A stretch of DNA of 64,000 nt from Auanema rhodensis (Eukaryota > Animalia > Nematoda), in NCBI GenBank assembly GCA_964057225.1, contig OZ059897.1:2914001-2978000 (forward strand), given 5' to 3'. The position numbers and the translations under genes are program-made. The notes beneath the pieces are model-generated. The model saw nothing but the letters and a program-made list of their open reading frames with translations, was not told where the DNA came from and did no database searches. Positions 55,453-64,000 of the stretch are shown piece by piece; within the stretch, counting starts at the first letter, position 1; the number at the start of each line of letters is the position of its first letter.

Positions 55453-58400
55453 AGTGCATTCGATGCGGATTTTTAAGCTGCGTTGATCTGTGTTATCAGA
55501 TTTGCGCTAGCTTAAAAATGCACCGAGTAATCAACTGATATAGGTTCACACTTATATCCTCGATTTTCACCCTGAAGAATTAATTTTTTCGTTGAATAAC
55601 ATTGTCCATCGTCTTTGCCTTGAAAAAAGAAATCTAAAAACTCCTATTTTTTGTGAAATTATTTAGAAATTTTTCGGGAAAATTTTTGTCACAATGTTTT
55701 TGGAAGCAATGTTGAGTGTACATGGGAACTCAGCATACACTAATGCATTATTTTTCAAACGATCATAACTAATTTTTGTATGGAGCGTTTTTCAATGTAG
55801 TATAGTGCATTCGATGCGGATTTTTAAGCTGCGTCGATCTGTGTTATCAGATTTGAGTTAGCTTGAAAATGCACCGAGATATCAACTGATATATGTTCAC
55901 ACTTATATCCTCGATTTTCACCCTGAAGAATTAATTTTTTCGTTGAATAACATTGTCCATCGTCTTTGCCTTGAAAAAAGAAATCTAAAAACTCCTACTT
56001 TTTGTGAAATTATTAAGAAATTTTTCGGGAAAATTTTTGTCACAATGTTTTTGGAAGCAATGTTGAGTGTACATGGGAACTCAGCATACACTAATGCATT
56101 ATTTTTCAAACGATCATAACTAATTTTTGTATGGAGCGTTTCTCAATGTAGTATAGTGCATTCGATGCGGATTTTTAAGCTGCGTCGATCTGTGTTATCA
56201 GATTTGCGCTAGCTTAAAAATGCACCGAGTAATCAACTGATATAGGTTCACACTTATATCCTCGATTTTCACCCTGAAGAATTAATTTTTTCGTTGAATA
56301 ACATTGTCCATCGTCTTTGCCTTGAAAAAAGAAATCTAAAAACTCCTACTTTTTGTGAAATTATTTAGAAATTTTTCGGGAAAATTTTTGTCACAATGTT
56401 TTTGGAAGCAATGTTGAGTGTACATGGGAACTCAACATACACTAATGCATTATTTTTCAAACGATCATAACTAATTTTTGTATGGAGCGTTTCTCAATGT
56501 AGTATAGTGCATTCGATGCGGATTTTTAAGCTGCGTTGATCTGTGTTATCAGATTTGCGCTAGCTTAAAAATGCACCGAGTAATCAACTGATATAGGTTC
56601 ACACTTATATCCTCGATTTTCACCCTGAAGAATTAATTTTTTCGTTGAATAACATTGTCCATCGTCTTTGCCTTGAAAAAAGAAATCTAAAAACTCCTAC
56701 TTTTTGTGAAATTATTTAGAAATTTTTCGGGAAAATTTTTGTCACAATGTTTTTGGAAGCAATGTTGAGTGTACATGGGAACTCAGCATACACTAATGCA
56801 TTATTTTTCAAACAATCATAACTAATTTTTGTATGGAGCGTTTTTCAATGTAGTATAGTGCATTCGATGCGGATTTTTAAGCTGCGTTGATCTGTGTTAT
56901 CAGATTTGCGCTAGCTTAAAAATGCACCGAGTAATCAACTGATATAGGTTCACACTTATATCCTCGATTTTCACCCTGAAGAATTAATTTTTTCGTTGAA
57001 TAACATTGTCCATCGTCTTTGCCTTGAAAAAAGAAATCTAAAAACTCCTATTTTTTGTGAAATTATTTAGAAATTTTTCGGGAAAATTTTTGTCACAATG
57101 TTTTTGGAAGCAATGTTGAGTGTACATGGGAACTCAGCATACACTAATGCATTATTTTTCAAACGATCATAACTAATTTTTGTATGGAGCGTTTTTCAAT
57201 GTAGTATAGTGCATTCGATGCGGATTTTTAAGCTGCGTCGATCTGTGTTATCAGATTTGAGTTAGCTTGAAAATGCACCGAGATATCAACTGATATATGT
57301 TCACACTTATATCCTCGATTTTCACCCTGAAGAATTAATTTTTTCGTTGAATAACATTGTCCATCGTCTTTGCCTTGAAAAAAGAAATCTAAAAACTCCT
57401 ACTTTTTGTGAAATTATTTAGAAATTTTTCGGGAAAATTTTTGTCAAAATGTTTTTGGAAGCAATGTTGAGTGTACATGGGAACTCAGCATACACTAATG
57501 CATTATTTTTCAAACGATCATAACTAATTTTTGTATAGAGCGTTTCTCAATGTAGTATAGTTCATTCGATGCGGATTTTTAAGCTGCGTCGATCTGTGTT
57601 ATCAGATTTGAGTTAGCTTAAAAATGCACCGAGATATCAACTGATATATGTTCACACTTATATCCTCGATTTTCACCCTGAAGAAATGATTTTTTCGTTA
57701 ACAAACATTGTCCATCGTATTCGTCTTGAAAAAAGGAATCTAAAAACATCTACTTTTTGTGAAATTATTTAGAAATTTTTCGGGAAAATTTTTGTCAAAA
57801 TGTTTTTGGAAGCAATGTTGAGTGTACATGGGAACTCAACATACACTAATGCATTATTTTTCAAACGATCATAACTAATTTTTGTATAGAGCGTTTCTCA
57901 ATGTAGTATAGTGCATTCGATGCGGATTTTTAAGCTGCGTCGATCTGTGTTATCAGATTTGCGCTAGCTTAAAAATGCACCGAGTAATCAACTGATATAG
58001 GTTCACACTTATATCCTCGATTTTCACCCTGAAGAATTAATTTTTTCGTTGAATAACATTGTCCATCGTCTTTGCCTTGAAAAAAGAAATCTAAAAACTC
58101 CTACTTTTTGTGAAATTATTTAGAAATTTTTCGGGAAAATTTTTGTCACAATGTTTTTGGAAGCAATGTTGAGTGTACATGGGAACTCAGCATACACTAA
58201 TGCATTATTTTTCAAACGATCATAACTAATTTTTGTATGGAGCGTTTTTCAATGTAGTATAGTGCATTCGATGCGGATTGTTGAGCTGCGTTGATCTGTG
58301 TTATCAGATTTGCGCTAGCTTAAAAATGCACCGAGTAATCAACTGATATAGGTTCACACTTATATCCTCGATTTTCACCCTGAAGAATTAATTTTTTCGT

Positions 58401-61400
58401 TGAATAACATTGTCCATCGTCTTTGCCTTGAAAAAAGAAATCTAAAAACTCCTATTTTTTGTGAAATTATTTAGAAATTTTTCGGGAAAATTTTTGTCAC
58501 AATGTTTTTGGAAGCAATGTTGAGTGTACATGGGAACTCAGCATACACTAATGCATTATTTTTCAAACGATCATAACTAATTTTTGTATGGAGCGTTTTT
58601 CAATGTAGTATAGTGCATTCGATGCGGATTTTTAAGCTGCGTCGATCTGTGTTATCAGATTTGAGTTAGCTTGAAAATGCACCGAGATATCAACTGATAT
58701 ATGTTCACACTTATATCCTCGATTTTCACCCTGAAGAATTAATTTTTTCGTTGAATAACATTGTCCATCGTCTTTGCCTTGAAAAAAGAAATCTAAAAAC
58801 TCCTACTTTTTGTGAAATTATTAAGAAATTTTTCGGGAAAATTTTTGTCACAATGTTTTTGGAAGCAATGTTGAGTGTACATGGGAACTCAGCATACACT
58901 AATGCATTATTTTTCAAACGATCATAACTAATTTTTGTATGGAGCGTTTCTCAATGTAGTATAGTGCATTCGATGCGGATTTTTAAGCTGCGTCGATCTG
59001 TGTTATCAGATTTGCGCTAGCTTAAAAATGCACCGAGTAATCAACTGATATAGGTTCACACTTATATCCTCGATTTTCACCCTGAAGAATTAATTTTTTC
59101 GTTGAATAACATTGTCCATCGTCTTTGCCTTGAAAAAAGAAATCTAAAAACTCCTACTTTTTGTGAAATTATTTAGAAATTTTTCGGGAAATATTTTGTC
59201 ACAATGTTTTTGGAAGCAATGTTGAGTGTACATGGGAACTCAACATACACTAATGCATTATTTTTCAAACGATCATAACTAATTTTTGTATGGAGCGTTT
59301 CTCAATGTAGTATAGTGCATTCGATGCGGATTTTTAAGCTGCGTTGATCTGTGTTATCAGATTTGCGCTAGCTTAAAAATGCACCGAGTAATCAACTGAT
59401 ATAGGTTCACACTTATATCCTCGATTTTCACCCTGAAGAATTAATTTTTTCGTTGAATAACATTGTCCATCGTCTTTGCCTTGAAAAAAGAAATCTAAAA
59501 ACTCCTACTTTTTGTGAAATTATTTAGAAATTTTTCGGGAAAATTTTTGTCACAATGTTTTTGGAAGCAATGTTGAGTGTACATGGGAACTCAGCATACA
59601 CTAATGCATTATTTTTCAAACGATCATAACTAATTTTTGTATGGAGCGTTTTTCAATGTAGTATAGTGCATTCGATGCGGATTTTTAAGCTGCGTTGATC
59701 TGTGTTATCAGATTTGCGCTAGCTTAAAAATGCACCGAGTAATCAACTGATATAGGTTCACACTTATATCCTCGATTTTCACCCTGAAGAATTAATTTTT
59801 TCGTTGAATAACATTGTCCATCGTCTTTGCCTTGAAAAAAGAAATCTAAAAACTCCTATTTTTTGTGAAATTATTTAGAAATTTTTCGGGAAAATTTTTG
59901 TCACAATGTTTTTGGAAGCAATGTTGAGTGTACATGGGAACTCAGCATACACTAATGCATTATTTTTCAAACGATCATAACTAATTTTTGTATGGAGCGT
60001 TTTTCAATGTAGTATAGTGCATTCGATGCGGATTTTTAAGCTGCGTCGATCTGTGTTATCAGATTTGAGTTAGCTTGAAAATGCACCGAGATATCAACTG
60101 ATATATGTTCACACTTATATCCTCGATTTTCACCCTGAAGAATTAATTTTTTCGTTGAATAACATTGTCCATCGTCTTTGCCTTGAAAAAAGAAATCTAA
60201 AAACTCCTACTTTTTGTGAAATTATTAAGAAATTTTTCGGGAAAATTTTTGTCACAATGTTTTTGGAAGCAATGTTGAGTGTACATGGGAACTCAGCATA
60301 CACTAATGCATTATTTTTCAAACGATCATAACTAATTTTTGTATGGAGCGTTTCTCAATGTAGTATAGTGCATTCGATGCGGATTTTTAAGCTGCGTCGA
60401 TCTGTGTTATCAGATTTGCGCTAGCTTAAAAATGCACCGAGTAATCAACTGATATAGGTTCACACTTATATCCTCGATTTTCACCCTGAAGAATTAATTT
60501 TTTCGTTGAATAACATTGTCCATCGTCTTTGCCTTGAAAAAAGAAATCTAAAAACTCCTACTTTTTGTGAAATTATTTAGAAATTTTTCGGGAAATATTT
60601 TGTCACAATGTTTTTGGAAGCAATGTTGAGTGTACATGGGAACTCAACATACACTAATGCATTATTTTTCAAACGATCATAACTAATTTTTGTATGGAGC
60701 GTTTCTCAATGTAGTATAGTGCATTCGATGCGGATTTTTAAGCTGCGTTGATCTGTGTTATCAGATTTGCGCTAGCTTAAAAATGCACCGAGTAATCAAC
60801 TGATATAGGTTCACACTTATATCCTCGATTTTCACCCTGAAGAATTAATTTTTTCGTTGAATAACATTGTCCATCGTCTTTGCCTTGAAAAAAGAAATCT
60901 AAAAACTCCTACTTTTTGTGAAATTATTTAGAAATTTTTCGGGAAAATTTTTGTCACAATGTTTTTGGAAGCAATGTTGAGTGTACATGGGAACTCAGCA
61001 TACACTAATGCATTATTTTTCAAACGATCATAACTAATTTTTGTATGGAGCGTTTTTCAATGTAGTATAGTGCATTCGATGCGGATTTTTAAGCTGCGTT
61101 GATCTGTGTTATCAGATTTGCGCTAGCTTAAAAATGCACCGAGTAATCAACTGATATAGGTTCACACTTATATCCTCGATTTTCACCCTGAAGAATTAAT
61201 TTTTTCGTTGAATAACATTGTCCATCGTCTTTGCCTTGAAAAAAGAAATCTAAAAACTCCTATTTTTTGTGAAATTATTTAGAAATTTTTCGGGAAAATT
61301 TTTGTCACAATGTTTTTGGAAGCAATGTTGAGTGTACATGGGAACTCAGCATACACTAATGCATTATTTTTCGAACGATCATAACTAATTTTTGTATGGA

Positions 61401-62823
61401 GCGTTTTTCAATGTAGTATAGTGCATTCGATGCGGATTTTTAAGCTGCGTCGATCTGTGTTATCAGATTTGAGTTAGCTTGAAAATGCACCGAGATATCA
61501 ACTGATATATGTTCACACTTATATCCTCGATTTTCACCCTGAAGAATTAATTTTTTCGTTGAATAACATTGTCCATCGTCTTTGCCTTGAAAAAAGAAAT
61601 CTAAAAACTCCTACTTTTTGTGAAATTATTTAGAAATTTTTCGGGAAAATTTTTGTCAAAATGTTTTTGGAAGCAATGTTGAGTGTACATGGGAACTCAG
61701 CATACACTAATGCATTATTTTTCAAACGATCATAACTAATTTTTGTATAGAGCGTTTCTCAATGTAGTATAGTTCATTCGATGCGGATTTTTAAGCTGCG
61801 TCGATCTGTGTTATCAGATTTGAGTTAGCTTAAAAATGCACCGAGATATCAACTGATATATGTTCACACTTATATCCTCGATTTTCACCCTGAAGAAATG
61901 ATTTTTTCGTTAACAAACATTGTCCATCGTATTCGTCTTGAAAAAAGGAATCTAAAAACATCTACTTTTTGTGAAATTATTTAGAAATTTTTCGGGAAAA
62001 TTTTTGTCAAAATGTTTTTGGAAGCAATGTTGAGTGTACATGGGAACTCAACATACACTAATGCATTATTTTTCAAACGATCATAACTAATTTTTGTATA
62101 GAGCGTTTCTCAATGTAGTATAGTGCATTCGATGCGGATTTTTAAGCTGCGTCGATCTGTGTTATCAGATTTGCGCTAGCTTAAAAATGCACCGAGTAAT
62201 CAACTGATATAGGTTCACACTTATATCCTCGATTTTCACCCTGAAGAATTAATTTTTTCGTTGAATAACATTGTCCATCGTCTTTGCCTTGAAAAAAGAA
62301 ATCTAAAAACTCCTACTTTTTGTGAAATTATTTAGAAATTTTTCGGGAAAATTTTTGTCACAATGTTTTTGGAAGCAATGTTGAGTGTACATGGGAACTC
62401 AGCATACACTAATGCATTATTTTTCAAACGATCATAACTAATTTTTGTATGGAGCGTTTTTCAATGTAGTATAGTGCATTCGATGCGGATTTTTAAGCTG
62501 CGTTGATCTGTGTTATCAGATTTGCGCTAGCTTAAAAATGCACCGAGTAATCAACTGATATAGGTTCACACTTATATCCTCGATTTTCACCCTGAAGAAT
62601 TAATTTTTTCGTTGAATAACATTGTCCATCGTCTTTGCCTTGAAAAAAGAAATCTAAAAACTCCTATTTTTTGTGAAATTATTTAGAAATTTTTCGGGAA
62701 AATTTTTGTCACAATGTTTTTGGAAGCAATGTTGAGTGTACATGGGAACTCAGCATACACTAATGCATTATTTTTCAAACGATCATAACTAATTTTTGTA
62801 TGGAGCGTTTTTCAATGTAGTAT
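55453..62823 (+). repeat. 4-mer (1404-bp) higher-order repeat with two interchangeable unit types
   Basis: The CCTATTTTTT marker occurs at 55646, 57050, 58454, 59858, 61262 and 62666, exactly 1404 bp apart. Confidence 0.9.
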
Positions 62824-64000
62824 AGTGCATTCGATGCGGATTTTTAAGCTGCGTCGATCTGTGTTATCAGATTTGAGTTAGCTTGAAAATGCACCGAGAT
62901 ATCAACTGATATATGTTCACACTTATATCCTCGATTTTCACCCTGAAGAATTAATTTTTTCGTTGAATAACATTGTCCATCGTCTTTGCCTTGAAAAAAG
63001 AAATCTAAAAACTCCTACTTTTTGTGAAATTATTTAGAAATTTTTCGGGAAAATTTTTGTCAAAATGTTTTTGGAAGCAATGTTGAGTGTACATGGGAAC
63101 TCAGCATACACTAATGCATTATTTTTCAAACGATCATAACTAATTTTTGTATAGAGCGTTTCTCAATGTAGTATAGTGCATTCGATGCGGATTTTTAAGC
63201 TGCGTCGATCTGTGTTATCAGATTTGAGTTAGCTTGAAAATGCACCGAGATATCAACTGATATATGTTCACACTTATATCCTCGATTTTCACCCTGAAGA
63301 ATTAATTTTTTCGTTGAATAACATTGTCCATCGTCTTTGCCTTGAAAAAAGAAATCTAAAAACTCCTACTTTTTGTGAAATTATTTAGAAATTTTTCGGG
63401 AAAATTTTTGTCAAAATGTTTTTGGAAGCAATGTTGAGTGTACATGGGAACTCAGCATACACTAATGCATTATTTTTCAAACGATCATAACTAATTTTTG
63501 TATAGAGCGTTTCTCAATGTAGTATAGTTCATTCGATGCGGATTTTTAAGCTGCGTCGATCTGTGTTATCAGATTTGAGTTAGCTTAAAAATGCACCGAG
63601 ATATCAACTGATATATGTTCACACTTATATCCTCGATTTTCACCCTGAAGAAATGATTTTTTCGTTAACAAACATTGTCCATCGTATTCGTCTTGAAAAA
63701 AGGAATCTAAAAACATCTACTTTTTGTGAAATTATTTAGAAATTTTTCGGGAAAATTTTTGTCAAAATGTTTTTGGAAGCAATGTTGAGTGTACATGGGA
63801 ACTCAACATACACTAATGCATTATTTTTCAAACGATCATAACTAATTTTTGTATAGAGCGTTTCTCAATGTAGTATAGTGCATTCGATGCGGATTTTTAA
63901 GCTGCGTCGATCTGTGTTATCAGATTTGCGCTAGCTTAAAAATGCACCGAGTAATCAACTGATATAGGTTCACACTTATATCCTCGATTTTCACCCTGAA

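Larger units (their letters stand above)
1..64000 (+). repeat. Tandem satellite DNA array, 351-bp monomer, ~182.3 copies, probably (peri)centromeric heterochromatin
   Basis: AGTGCATTCGATGCGG recurs at 1, 352, 703 and onward to 63877. 182x351+1 = 63883, and subtracting the six 1-bp deletions seen gives exactly 63877. No unique sequence or orientation switch was seen. The array runs off both window ends. Centromeric location is inference. Confidence 0.99.

Noticed and set aside
49936-60321. 62-63-aa minus-strand ORFs (also 32051-32242 and 4515-4754)
   Set aside because: Each arises from rare single-base variants that remove a stop (e.g. ATTTAG>ATTAAG). There is no coding evidence.
1-64000. CRISPR array or repeat-encoded giant protein (351 is divisible by 3)
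   Set aside because: There are no unique spacers or cas genes. The longest ORF in the track is 79 aa, shorter than one monomer (117 codons).

Overview
The whole 64 kb window is one uninterrupted head-to-tail tandem array of an AT-rich 351-bp satellite monomer. It holds 182 full copies plus 124 bp, all in one orientation, and monomer 1 is about 33% GC by hand count. I found no genes, RNA genes, transposon insertions or CRISPR spacers. All ORFs in the track are by-products of single-base variants in the monomer. The monomer occurs as two linked haplotypes (A and B) plus A/B recombinants. Private variants define local higher-order repeats (2-, 4-, 5/7/8-, 6- and 10-mers) and three sequence domains. 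The monomer is unusually dense in dyad symmetry. It has a ~51-nt hairpin, an overlapping mutually exclusive hairpin favoured by the other haplotype, a ~120-bp nested inverted repeat, and a degenerate hammerhead-ribozyme-like core whose best match is in B monomers. The best interpretation is a eukaryotic (probably invertebrate) centromeric or pericentromeric satellite; the species and family cannot be assigned from sequence alone.
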